Shown: positions 11,121-22,493, counted from the first letter of the stretch. The stretch is 64,000 nucleotides of DNA from Octopus bimaculoides (GCF_001194135.2 NC_068981.1:55833153-55897152); one strand, 5' to 3'. Translations and numbers: made by a program. Notes: generated by a model from the letters alone, not told the origin.

Positions 11121-11531
11121 TTACTCTTTTACTTGTTTCAATCATTTGACTGTGGCCATGCTGGAGCACTGCCTTTAGTTGATCAAATCGACCCCAGAAC
11201 TTATTCTTTGTAAGCCTAGTACTTATTCTATTGGTCTCTTTTGCCGAACCACTAAGTTATGGGGACGTAAACACACCAGCATCGGTTGTCAAGCGATATT
11301 TGGGGGGACAAACACAGACACACAAACACACACACACTCATATATACATATATATATATATATATATACGACAGGCTTCTTTCAGTTTCTGTCTACCAAA
11401 TCCACTCACAAGGCTTTGGTTGGCTCGAGGCTATAGTAGAAGACACTTGCCCAAGGTGCCACACAGTGGGGCTGAACCCGGAACCATGTGGTTGGTAAGC
11501 AAGCTACTTACCACACAGCCGCTCCTGCACC
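11121..11531 (-). mobile_element. Full-length tRNA-derived SINE
   Basis: Minus strand: ggtgcaggagcggctgtgtggtaagtagc (A box)..ggttccgggttcagcccc (B box)..internal (AT)n/(GT)n..gaaacaagtaaaagagtaa tail. Confidence 0.92.
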
Positions 11532-11799
11532 AATGTTCAAAAGTATTTTGTTTTGTTAACAAAATACATTTTCTCTCTCTCTCTCACACGCACACATACA
11601 TACACACACACATACTAACTCACACGTGCCTGCTTTCCCCTCTGTAATAACATTTAATGAAGGCCGTTTAATTATTGCCTCCAATTTCACTATATTTTAT
11701 GTATCACAACACATGGTATTAATAACATTATGCTTATAGTTTTAACTGGGTAGGTGTTGTCTGCCTTATCTAGATGACATGCGCCTGATTTAATATATA

Positions 11800-12075
11800 C
11801 GAGGTGCTTTCAAAAGGTATCTGATTTTATTTTTTCTTGCCAAAGCTAATGTTGCTTGGGCAAAATCCTGTAGATAAGAGGTAACGCCACCCTTCTTGTG
11901 CATCCATAAATACTAGAATACAGACATATAGTGTGTGCTCATCAGATTTTCGTTTTCACTCATAATGATCAAACACATTGAGCAGAGGTATTACACCAAG
12001 TTTAGCTAAGAGCTTGGAGATACTCAAACTCAAACCATCTAGAAGATTCAGCAGGCCTTTGGCAATGATGTCATG
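11800..12075 (+). mobile_element. Truncated mariner transposon 5' end
   Basis: TA followed by cgaggtgctttcaaaag; remnant IEQRYYTKFS*ELGDTQTQTI*KIQQAFGNDVM matches mariner EQR.CIKFC.KLG....ETI..IQ.AFGDD.M. Confidence 0.75.
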
Positions 12076-12139
12076 GTCAAACTCAGATCAAGGAGTGGTA
12101 CTTATTCCATTGGTTTGTTTTACCAAACTGCTAAGTTAC

Positions 12140-12445
12140 AGCAAAAATAGGAAGTTGGAAAATGTTTTTGGTATTATTTATTCACTGTCTCACATGTTTC
12201 ATTTGCTAATAGGAATCACAAAGTTGCACACATTGGATAAACATGTAAGAAATTTCCTATAAGTAATTCTTCAGGCAGAGAATCAAACAATACATTTGAT
12301 TCTCTGTCTGAAGGATTTCTAATAGGAAATTTCTTACTCATTTATCCAACATGTACGACTGTGATTCCTAATAACAAATTAAACATGTGTAATGGTGAAT
12401 AAATAATATCAAAAAAAAAAAAAATTTCCAACTCCCTGTTTTGCT
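12140..12445. mobile_element. Palindromic fold-back element (~150-bp arms, 7-nt loop)
   Basis: 12140-12287 vs reverse complement of 12295-12445 at roughly 80% by eye; centre gagaatcaaa-caataca-tttgattctc. Confidence 0.85.
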
Positions 12446-12594
12446 ATATAATAACTTCAAACAACATTTCCAGAATTTTCAATTCTAATATCGATACAAC
12501 AATGACAACAGCTATATACTGGATTGTAATACTGGAATAAACAGATGTACTTCAAGAGGACACAGCATGAATTTTTCCCTACCTATATAATATA

Positions 12595-12597
<3 letters not shown>

Positions 12598-12635
<38 letters not shown>
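12598..12635. repeat. (GT)n microsatellite
   Basis: Direct observation. Confidence 0.95.
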
Positions 12636-12637
<2 letters not shown>

Positions 12638-12656
12638 TAATATTTGCTCTTATGAA

Positions 12657-12875
12657 GGCAGCGAGCCGGCAGTATTGTTAGCATGCTGGGCGAACTGCTT
12701 AGCGGTATTTCATCTGTCTTTATGTTCTGTGTTCAAATTCCACCAAGGTTGACTTTGTCTTTCATCCCTTCAGGGTCGATAAATTAAGTACCAGTTGTGT
12801 ACTGGAGTTGATCTAATCGATTGGCCCCCTCCCCAAAATTTCTGGGCCTTGTGCCGAGAGTAGAAAAGATCATTT
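12657..12875 (+). mobile_element. Near full-length tRNA-derived SINE (second family)
   Basis: ggcagcgagccggcag..gttagc..gttcaaattcc..ttcatcccttcagggtcgataaattaagtaccag..gggccttgtgcc. Confidence 0.92.
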
Positions 12876-12917
12876 GCTTTTATGTTCAGTTATGATAAAA
12901 ACAGTTTTACATCAATC

Positions 12918-13021
12918 TGTTGTTGACAGTGACTTTGAAGTTTTGGCCAGAGAAGCCATTATCAAACTACAGTCCAACAATGGCTTAGCTGGCTGAAACT
13001 TCGAAGTCACTGTCGACAACA
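12918..13021. repeat. 43-bp inverted repeat with 18-nt loop
   Basis: 12918-12960 vs 12979-13021, 37/43 Watson-Crick pairs. Confidence 0.9.
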
Positions 13022-13099
13022 TTCTATATAGCTATGTGCTTCCAGTTAGGTTGCTGGAAGAATCACCAATGGCCGCAGCATCATAATCTTCGAAGAAAA

Positions 13100-13352
13100 C
13101 ACCAGTAACAACAACAGCAGCAGCAATAGCAACAATAGTAGCAGCAATGATAGTAGCAACAATGGTGGCAGCACCAGCATCAGTAGGTTTAATAACACCA
13201 GCACATGTACCACCAGCAGCACACACAGAAGCACTAACACTACTGATGCAACCACCACGTTCAGTGGCACCACCACCAACAGCCCCAATACCAGAACCAC
13301 CAGAATCAACACCATCGCCAGCAGCAGCAGCAGCAGCAACAAGTGACACTGA

Positions 13353-13386
<34 letters not shown>

Positions 13387-13425
13387 AGTAGCAGCAGCAA
13401 CACCAGCAATAGTAGGCACAACACC
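13100..13425. repeat. Low-complexity (GCA/ACA/CCA)n tract
   Basis: Degenerate trinucleotide repeats that generate spurious ORFs on both strands. Confidence 0.9.
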
Positions 13426-13427
13426 GA

Positions 13428-13827
13428 CACCATGCATCCAAGGAAATACATCAGATGCACGGAAACTTCTTTCAAGAAACGTCCCTCCAACCATAGGGCT
13501 CCAGAAATGAGATATGTAACATCGCTCGCCAGCCATATCTGGCAACTGAAGGAAGACAGAATTCCATACTCGATATCATGGAAAATCCTCCACTTTCCGG
13601 GTCTGTATATAAATGGAATGAAACACTGCAAGCTATGCATAGCCAAATGCATGGAAATCCTGAAAAACTCATACGTAGCAGGGAACATACTGAACTCCAG
13701 AATGGAGATTTTCAGGCCGTGCTTGCATTTCAGGAAATTCCTATTAGCATTTTGGGAAACACATAGTAAGGATAATAATAATAATAACAGTGTTAGTGAT
13801 AATATTTACACCACGGTTGGAAACTGA
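13428..13827 (+). mobile_element. Penelope-like element GIY-YIG endonuclease C-terminal fragment
   Basis: KYIRCTETSFKKRPSNH..TSLASHIWQLK..YSISWKIL..CKLCIAKCMEI..LNSRMEIFRPCLH resembles PLE YIG.TE..FK.R..NH..T.LS.HIW.LK..CNLC..EK..LN.R.E. Confidence 0.85.
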
Positions 13828-14020
13828 TTGCTGATGAGAGTGGGAGATAACCCCCTACCATCTATCCCCACATCTGTTGGAGGCATAGCTGGAAAAGGAT
13901 GACACAACTGGAAGTTGATGACCAGCTGATGGCCACCAGAAGTGGGAGATAACCCCCATTGTTTATATCCAGTTCATTTCCCCCTCGTACTTTAAAGAGG
14001 CCGTAGGCCAACAAATCTTA

Positions 14021-14075
14021 GGGTCTGATGATATGCCATATGATACTCTTTATGGCGAGAAACCCAGAGTAACTC
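14021..14075 (+). ncRNA. Minimal type I hammerhead ribozyme in a PLE 3' region
   Basis: Stem I GGGU/ACUC; CUGAUGA; stem II gccaua/uauggc; GAAAC; short loop CCAGA; GUA cleavage triplet (14069-14071). Confidence 0.75.
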
Positions 14076-14189
14076 CATAAACAGGCCTTCATCAGTAATA
14101 AATATAGACTGTTCTACTTCTTAGAGTGTGTTCCTTCTCTCTTTTTATGTTTTTCTAAAGAAAAAAATATGATATATATATATATATAT

Positions 14190-14238
<49 letters not shown>

Positions 14239-14240
14239 AT

Positions 14241-14564
14241 ATATGTATATCACAAATTTCACCTGCGAACCCATGGAAAACAAACTTCAACCAACTATTC
14301 TGACTATATGTCTGTGCACACATTTGAATGTGGTGTATGCCAGAAGGCTTTCAAATCCAATGGGGGTCTTAAAAGACATGTTAAGATCCACAATGAGCAG
14401 AACTTACCTGCAGGTATTGGTAGTTCAAATCAGAGGTGCAATCTGTGTGGGTGTTTTTTCAGAACATTGTCTGGTTTAAAAAGCCACATCAGACGCCATG
14501 AAAGGGCTAAGGTGTAGGTACAGGAGGTGGTCAAACTGTGTGTAAGGAGTAGACATCCACCACC

Positions 14565-14575
<11 letters not shown>
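14241..14575 (+). mobile_element. C2H2 zinc-finger-coding fragment, probably the 3' end of a 5'-truncated LINE
   Basis: HLRTH..CGVCQKAFKSNGGLKRHVKIH..CNLCGCFFRTLSGLKSHIRRH then stop at 14517; short 3' tail running into (AT)n; no TGEKP linkers; bounded by (AT)n on both sides. Confidence 0.6.
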
Positions 14576-14595
<20 letters not shown>

Positions 14596-15280
14596 TGTGT
14601 ATATGTGTTTTATTCCCCATCAAGGCAAAGGTCCAGATACACAATTATATCCAAAGGAGAGACAAAATATGGAGTTTGCAACATCAGTGAATGTTTTACT
14701 CAATGTTTTTTATACTATAGGTTACAAATTCTCATCCAACTATGTGGCTGCAAGTATATGTCATTGAAAAGGCCCGAAAAGGCCAAAATGCATCTTACAT
14801 CTATATTAGGCACTGCTGGGATGAATTTTTTCAACATAGCATGTCCATAATGGATATTACTCCAAGACAAATGCTGCATTAATTGGTGTATCAATGGTGT
14901 ATATACATTAAATATGATACATATATAGCTCTTTTAATTTAATATTACCATGACTGTGTATATCATATGTGTGTGTTTGTAGGTGTGTAGTTGTGAATAT
15001 GTGTATGTCTGTAATTGTTTGCCTGTCTGTGTACAATTTCGGACTGATATCAGAAAAATAAAGACAGACAGACAATCACAAATAGTTAGTCAAAGCAAGA
15101 GAATTTTTTTAAGCATTTAGTTAGGAGGGAAGGTAGTGTACATGGCTCTTTGTGTACATGACCTCTGAGACTGGTGGGAGAGATGAAAGAAGATATCTTC
15201 AAACCAAAGGCTTGGTCCAGTTCTTGCATTACTGTTAACTTCACTAAAGGCACCCAAAATGCCAAGCTGTGGTGTTAAAC

Positions 15281-15281
15281 C

Positions 15282-15345
<64 letters not shown>
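15281..15345. repeat. (GA)n microsatellite
   Basis: Direct observation. Confidence 0.95.
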
Positions 15346-15348
<3 letters not shown>

Positions 15349-15439
15349 AAGATAGAGTTTTCCTTTGCTTACTTACACTTATGGTGATACTCTCAAGCAA
15401 TATTTGAACATGCTGTGAGTTTTAACTGCTTGCATCAGA

Positions 15440-16140
15440 AACTCATTATAGTGTTCTGTGCAGGAAAGAATATTGTAGTGAACTCCATTAAATGTACAGT
15501 ATGTGCTGGGTGGATTGATCAGAAAATGTTGACTATTATCTAATTTATCAGCTGCATTTAAGTGTAATGTGTCTATGGATGGCAATGCAAATGGAGAGAA
15601 TGTTGAGCTGGATGTTGGAAATGGCATGAAGTTGAATGGTAGATTGATACAGACTGAGATGCATATGAAAGAAGTTCTAGAAACTGATTGGTGTTCTAAT
15701 GAAGGGGCAATTAAATTAAAGGGAAAGGAGTACGCTGCAACAGTGAGAAGTGCTATGATTTATCAAAATGAGACATAGGTAATGGACATGGAGAAGCAGA
15801 GAAAGCTGGAAAAAGCAAAAAATGAGAATGATTCTTTTGATGAGTGGAGTTTTACGGAAAGAGAGGGAAGACAAACAGCGAATTGCACAGAATGATGTGA
15901 AATGAGTCAGTAATGTATGTTGTGAAAAGAAATGGGATGAAATAGCTGGGTCATGTGCTGAGTAAAAATAGTAGTGAGATAAGAAAATGATGGAAATGAA
16001 TGCAGGAGGAAGTGAATGACTGACATTGATGTAGCTAAAAATGATGGAAAAGATGAGGGCAAAGGTGTTTGATAAGGGTAAAGTAGAGGATAGGGCAAAA
16101 TGGAAATGGTTCTCATGGGGTTCACAAATCTAACCTCTGC
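15440..16140 (+). mobile_element. Degenerate RTE LINE C-terminal fragment
   Basis: NSIKCTVCAGW..KLKGKEYAATVRSAMIYQNET*..RKLEK resembles RTE LKGRVY.A.VRSAMLYGSETW. Confidence 0.7.
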
Positions 16141-16528
16141 TTTAGTAGAAAAAATGGCCTTAAAACACATGTTCTATGACAAGTTGCTTGTATACTGAGT
16201 GCAAGATAATATATAAATGAGATACACAGTCCTGTTACTGTGAACAAGCTTGCTTTTATTTTATGCAATTTTCTAATTCCTTTTAGTTTGTAAGAAAAAA
16301 GTAAATCCCATGGGTATAAAATTAATCAGTGACATAATTTCTATGAAATTCTAGTCAGGAGAAACCTGAAACTAACATTCTTTTAATACTTAGATAAAAA
16401 TCTTATTTACGGAACAGAACTGAAGTAACTTTGTTAAATGGTGCAGGGAAATAAACAAGTTGGATCCTGCAATGCAATATCTTTTAAGGTTTTTCTTTAT
16501 ATTTTTTTTATTTTACAAAATAACTTAC

Positions 16529-16674
16529 TTGCAGATTTACTTATTTTCAAAATTCTCTCATGAGACAGGAGAACACTTATTGTAAGTTTTGTGACTAATA
16601 TTAGATTACACCTTAGTAACACATTTCTTATACTGTATTTTGGTTCCAGCAAACAAGTTGGAAAGTCAGCAGCT
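16529..16674 (-). other. Candidate 146-bp internal exon
   Basis: Acceptor cttcgttttag and donor CAA|gtaagt; one open frame AADFPTCLLEPKYS..., not recognised. Confidence 0.25.
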
Positions 16675-17074
16675 CTAAAACGAAGTTTCACTTAAGAATA
16701 GTACAGAACTCTGTTGCATAGCATGAAAATTTGCTTGTGAAGGTAGTTGTGTACACTGAGGTAGATGATAAACTACATTTCAACATTAGCTACCATTTAT
16801 TACAAATTTTACAACCAAATCTATCATTCAGCAAATACACTTAGAATTCCATATCTCACCATAACAACTCAAGCAAATTTAATTCATCTATTTTAGTGGC
16901 TTGAAATACAGTTGATCCTTTAATAACTATTCAATTGCATAAGTCTTCTAATGTAACTTTTACATTCACTTTATTTCTGGGACTAACATCAATGTCTTCT
17001 ATTTCTAAGTTTCATTGGCTGAATGACTTTATTTCTGAAGCTTATTTCCTTCACAAATAATGTAATAACATTAT

Positions 17075-17595
17075 TGAAGACCTGTTGAGGCAAGTGAAAT
17101 CAAAATCAAATTCAATGACAGCACCGCATGACTGGCATCCATGCTAGTGGAGTGCTAAGAGCACCATCTGAGCGTGACCGTTGCCAGGGCCACTGACTGA
17201 CTCCCATGCCAATGGCATGTAAAAAGCACCATTCGAGCATGATCGTTACCAGCGTTGCCTTACTGGCACTTGTGCCAGTGGCATGTGAAAAACAACATTT
17301 GAGTGAGGTCGTTGCCAGTGCGATTGGACTGGCTCCTGTGCAGGTGGCACGTAAAAAACACCATTTGAGCATGGCTGTTGCCAGTACCGCCTGACTGACT
17401 CTCATGCCAGTGACACGTAAAAGCATTCACTACACTCTCAGAGTGGTTGGCATTAGGAAGGGCATCCAGCTGTAGAAACTCTACCAGATCAGATTGGAGC
17501 CTGGTGCAGCCATCTGGCTCGCCAGTCCTCAGTCAAACCATCCAACCCATGCCAGCATGGAAAGTGGACGTTAAACGATGATGATGATGATGAAT
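17075..17595 (+). mobile_element. Abundant SINE-like repeat with internal sub-repeats and (GAT)n tail
   Basis: aagacctgttgaggcaagtgaaatc..repeated gtaaaaagcaccatt/gttgccag units..gttggcattaggaagggcatccagc..gacgttaaacgatgatgat. Confidence 0.9.
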
Positions 17596-18129
17596 ATAAT
17601 ATAACAAAAAAATAAAGGTAATTAATGATAGAATCATTAAAGTGCCTGATAGAATATCTTGCTGTAGTTAGATATGTTCCTTTATATTCTGAGTTCAAAT
17701 CCCACTAGAATGTTTCTTCCTTCCAGGGTTGGTAAAATAAGTACCAGTGAAGCACAGGATGGGATCTATCCAGCAAATTTCTGGTTTCGTATTGATATTA
17801 CAATTCAATATTCTAACATCAATATAAATGTTGAAAATGTCTTAAGTTATCACAAGACCACATATTTTGGGGTTAGTGAAGTCAACTAAAGTAACCCCTG
17901 TAGATAAGAGATAGTTATATCCTTGATCCTGGAGAAATGGATAGCAAATTTCACCCCTTGTAGAAATCAAAATCAGGCTTAATTCATCACTGAACAGTTT
18001 TTAAGTCAGGTTTCAAAGTAAACGTCTTGGAGTATGTAGGTATATAAATAATTTCAGATCAATTTTACTTTAGCCCTTCTAGAATTGACATTAGTAAAGT
18101 AACAGAGTACTTTAGAAAAGCAATGGACA

Positions 18130-19810
18130 AGTCTTCTTTAACACAGCAAGTTGCCAATCATCTTGGTCCTTTGTCAACTTCTCTGTGAGACTCAACATCT
18201 AGAGATCATTCTTCACAACTTTGTCCAACATCTTCTAGAGTTTCCTCTTCCATCTACATTTAGTGATCAACACTTCTTTATGCATATGTCCTCATCCACA
18301 CACATCACATGACCATATCAGCACAGTCTTCTCTCTTGCACACTGCATCTGATACCTCCTGTGCCCAATTTTCATCCCAATACATTTTCACTTTGTTGTA
18401 CATGCACACTGACAGTGCATATCCAGTAGAGCATGTTAGCATCATTTCTTTCTAGTTTTTGCATGTCCTCTGCTTTCTCAGCCCATATTTCATTATTATG
18501 TAGCATTGCTATTTGTACACAAGCATCATTTTTACCCTTTTAACAGTTGACTATAATGCTGCTATGCCTTTGTTGGGTATGATACCTTCCTGTACAACCT
18601 GATTATATGGGTGATTAAGTTATATCCCACTCCACCAGATATTTTAAGCATCTTGGCAGTAATTCCTGATGGACATGAGATTTTCCTTGTCTTCATATCC
18701 TTAATTGCTATAACTGTCATACTGCTGTTAGGCCCATCCATGTCAGGAAGACACTCCTCTCATGCATTCTCCACATTTTGAATACTTTCATGCCTCCTTC
18801 TTTTCAGATTCACAAAGTGCAAGTATACTATCATCCAACATCATAATTTTTTTCTGTTACACTGTTTTGCAATCTGGAACACTTCATGCCTCTGGTCCTC
18901 ACACTAGAACATTGGCAAACCGCTTCCTGTTTGATTCTCCCTTTGATAGAAAGACCTGTTGCCTAGCTTATCTTCTAGCCATCTAGTATATTTCTCTGCT
19001 AGGTCATTCTTCCAATCCTTGCAGGCCTGTTTCTTTGCTTTTATGGCTATGTCTACTTCACTGTTTCCATCACAATGTTACACTTGACCTGGCTAGAACT
19101 TTGTACCAGCCTCAGATTTTCTGTTGCTCTTAATACATTATCCCAAAGGAGCTTCCAATTCTTTTCTGTTATAAGTCTCTATCTCTTCATTCTTATCAAA
19201 TGCTTCAACTAGTGCTTTTCTAAATTTCTCACTGTTCACTTGATCTTTAAACATACATGACTTTATTTTCCATACTAGTTTGTAACTCTGAATCCTTTTA
19301 GCTCTAAATCTGAAGCCACTAGCCATTAACTTTGCATACACAAACATTTATTTAACCCATTTCTTTTAGGAAGAATGTTGTCAATTTGGCTGGTTTCTTG
19401 AAGTTAGCATTGCAGATCATCAGGTCATTTGCATCACAGAACTTCAAGAATCTTGTTCCCTCTTCATTTTTAGGATCAAAACCATAGCCTCCATGTACAC
19501 CATGGAATCCATTGGATTGCTATCCATCATGTCCATTGAAGTCACCAGCCAAGAAAATAAAGTCATCAAGGTAATCTACAAAAGGGCATTGAGCAGCACT
19601 TGTTTATACAGCTATCCTCATCCACACACATCAAAACTCTATACCAGCGCAGACTTCTTTCTTGCACACTACATCTGATTCGTCTTATGTCCAGAATTTC
19701 TTTAAATACATTTATATTTTGCTGTTCATGTGAACTTACATTGCACACCCAATGGAGCACACTACTTCAGTTTTTTTCCTGTCTTTTCAAATTCTCTGCC
19801 AAAACAAGCA
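18130..19810 (-). mobile_element. Fragmented RTE LINE (endonuclease end, linker, RT start, C-terminal pieces)
   Basis: AGDFNGHDG..GYGFDPKNEEGTRFLKFCDANDL; KLVWKIK..FRKALVEAF; MKTRKISCPSGITAKMLK; ERSLRWY. Confidence 0.85.
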
Positions 19811-20707
19811 GGATGTTAAATGATGATGATAATGATGATACATCTTTAAGTGAGTAATGTATTTCTACTATGATGTTACAGTCTTTGTTTCAACAAGGAA
19901 TCTCAGATAAAATTTCTTTCAACAGAAGTTGAAAATAGAAGATGGCCATTTCAGGATGTATAGATCAGGGTCACTTGAAATCTCATCGATTTCAGATCTT
20001 GTTGAATGAATCAGTTTATAACTATAAGTAGATTACACTGTGTAACATGATTTTTGTCCTTGGATGGCAACTGTTATTTCCTATTTGCTTACCTCTAGAA
20101 AGTATGAAAAATGGCTAATGCCTCCTGCCAACTTTGCTTTTGTTACATCTATTCAAACCCTAAAGAATCCCTCTCAACACATGGCTACGGTGCTGTCCCA
20201 CTACTCCTGCTCATGATCAGAGATGTACATATTGTGTTGTCAGTTACTATGTGACATGCTCAAGTGGTTAAGATCAAGCAACTGACAAGCAAATCTGTGG
20301 TATTGAGCAGAATATTTGCTATAATGATATTACTTCTTAAGCAGTTCAGTGTTGAATCTATCTGAAATGTAATGGAAAATAGGTCTGTTTCAAAACATTG
20401 ATGTCCAGGTCACAAAAGCAAAATCTGAAAGGAATAATAATTTCCTTTGATTTCTAGGTAGAAGCAAATAGGAAATAAACACTTACTGACTAAAGACAAA
20501 AAATAAGTTTGCTACACAATGTTATGTATTCAAAAGTTGGCACCTTTATCCAGTCACATATTAATCAAATTCATCTGAAAGCAAAACTTTTCTAATTTTC
20601 CTCATTACTTGTATTTTTGTTTAGACAGAGAAAAATAGTAACTATAACTATTTCAAAATATCAGTGATGAAGTAATTCTCACAATAAACCTAACTAGCAA
20701 CCCTGCA

Positions 20708-20822
20708 TTATCATCATCATTGTTTAGCATCCGCTTTCCATGCTAGCATGGGTTGGACGATTTGACTGAGGACTAGTGAACCAGATGGCTACACCAGGCT
20801 CCAGTCTGATTTGGCAGAGTTG
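20708..20822 (-). mobile_element. SINE 3' tail fragment
   Basis: catcatcattgtttagcatccgctttccatgctagcatgggttgg.., the reverse of the tail at 17595. Confidence 0.85.
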
Positions 20823-22077
20823 CTACTTGAAATTCTTTATTTATACTCACTACAGCTCAGGACATGTTTACTTGTATTATATTGCAGTGCTTGTATGATT
20901 TATAAACTGACAAATGCTTCCAGTATATTTAGTGTTACTCTGTTGGTGACTTTGGGAAAAAGTTCGTAATATTTGATCTGAAATTCTTTTGGAAAAATAA
21001 AAAGAAAAGAAAAAAGAAGGTGGGTTAGGTCTCCTTTGTTAAAAGCATTCTTTAGAGCTTCATAGCCCCTGTCTGCAAATAATTCTTCAAGGAGCAAAAT
21101 GTACTGCCAATGAATATCTCCAGTGATTTATTAGACGTTCATCCTTGATTATGCTTGAAAAAGTACTGCAATTAGACTGAACTGATCAACTTTGAGGAGC
21201 ATATCTTATGTAACATGATCATAATAGCTTGCTGAACATAATCCTCACTGGTACTTCAGTTTATTTTCCTTGATCTGTTTCCTGTTTTTTTCCTCGTCTA
21301 CTTTTGCTCTGGCTGCCATCAATCTACATGGCACTTTTTCACTGTATTACACATTCATAGTTAGGAAGCTACATTAGCAAATCCCTTTAAAAAGCTTAAT
21401 TTACCATGCAAGTTAAACTACTCTGGCTTTTGTACAAACAAACTTTAGATTAATTCTATACAAAATACAGCTTTAACTTGACTTAATCTGTGTTCTTTAG
21501 TAAGTAGTAGTAGATTTGAAAATGAATTATAACCCATATTATATCATGATGCTACATGAACAGAATTGTTTTAAAGAAAATTTACTATCTTTGGTCACTG
21601 TGCGACATTCATTTAGCATACTCCAAAATTTATGCTTCCTCAATACATTTCTTTCAAGACTCAACAGGTTTTACACAGTCAATGCCCATGTCTCATGATC
21701 ATGCAGCATCACATTATTTTACACAAACTTCAGAGCAAAAAAACTGTATCAAGTCTTTGAACTTATCTTCATTTAATTCCTATCCCTTTAATAGAACAAT
21801 ATTTAATACTTACTATATTGCCTAGATAGAGGAATTATCTACAACTTTTAGTAAGCCACGTGAGAGGTCAATACATTTCCTTTGATGCATACCTATAGGT
21901 TTTACTTATATATCATGTGATGATGATGATATTAAGTTAGGGTTTTCTGTGATTCTGTCAGAGATCTTGCCATTATTTGTACTTAGCAACTTTTTTCTCT
22001 AAACTGATCAAGATCCCTCACTCTGATGGTACCATTTCATTGGCTTTTTAAATACCTTAGCTATAAATAGAACTTAC

Positions 22078-22112
22078 GTTTTTGCCATGTTAACCGTGGG
22101 CCTGCAACTCTT
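22078..22112 (-). other. Candidate 35-bp exon of a minus-strand transcript
   Basis: Acceptor attattttgattatag; exon aagagttgcaggcccacggttaacATGGcaaaaac; donor gtaagt. Confidence 0.55.
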
Positions 22113-22493
22113 CTATAATCAAAATAATTCATTTCATTGTCAAGGAAACTGCCACACTTCAAAACATTGTATCATGATACACAATACAATACAAAATAAT
22201 TCAGTTCAATAAATAAATAAAAAATTGACTACACCAAAACAGAAATGGGAGCGCATAGAAAAGTGTGTAGACACATAATGAACAAGTGAATTAAATAATA
22301 CAGGCATATGATTGAATTCTGACACTAAATAAATGTAATAATCCCAAAACAAGGACTGTCACTGAAAGAGAAACAAAGCTCTCCAAAAACTTTTACTATA
22401 GTATGCTTCTAGCAATTTCCTTCATTGTGCTTTTGTCTGTAGGTGACACTGAAAAGTCAAACTATCCACTTATAGCAATCTAACTACTCTTAC

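Noticed and set aside
11480-11531. tRNA-like A/B boxes here and at 12657, 35730 and elsewhere
   Set aside because: They are SINE heads continuing into SINE bodies; no complete cloverleaf was seen
13032-13688. Long minus-strand ORFs with poly-Leu/Cys/Ala
   Set aside because: Antisense read-through of trinucleotide repeats
20345-20580. Three minus-strand tttcag acceptors as possible terminal exons
   Set aside because: All give very short or stop-containing extensions, and such motifs are frequent in AT-rich introns
22078-22088. MAKT start suggesting Rab8 (MAKTYDYLF) or HDAC3 (MAKTVAYF)
   Set aside because: No downstream exon encoding those sequences was found on the minus strand in the window, so no gene symbol was assigned
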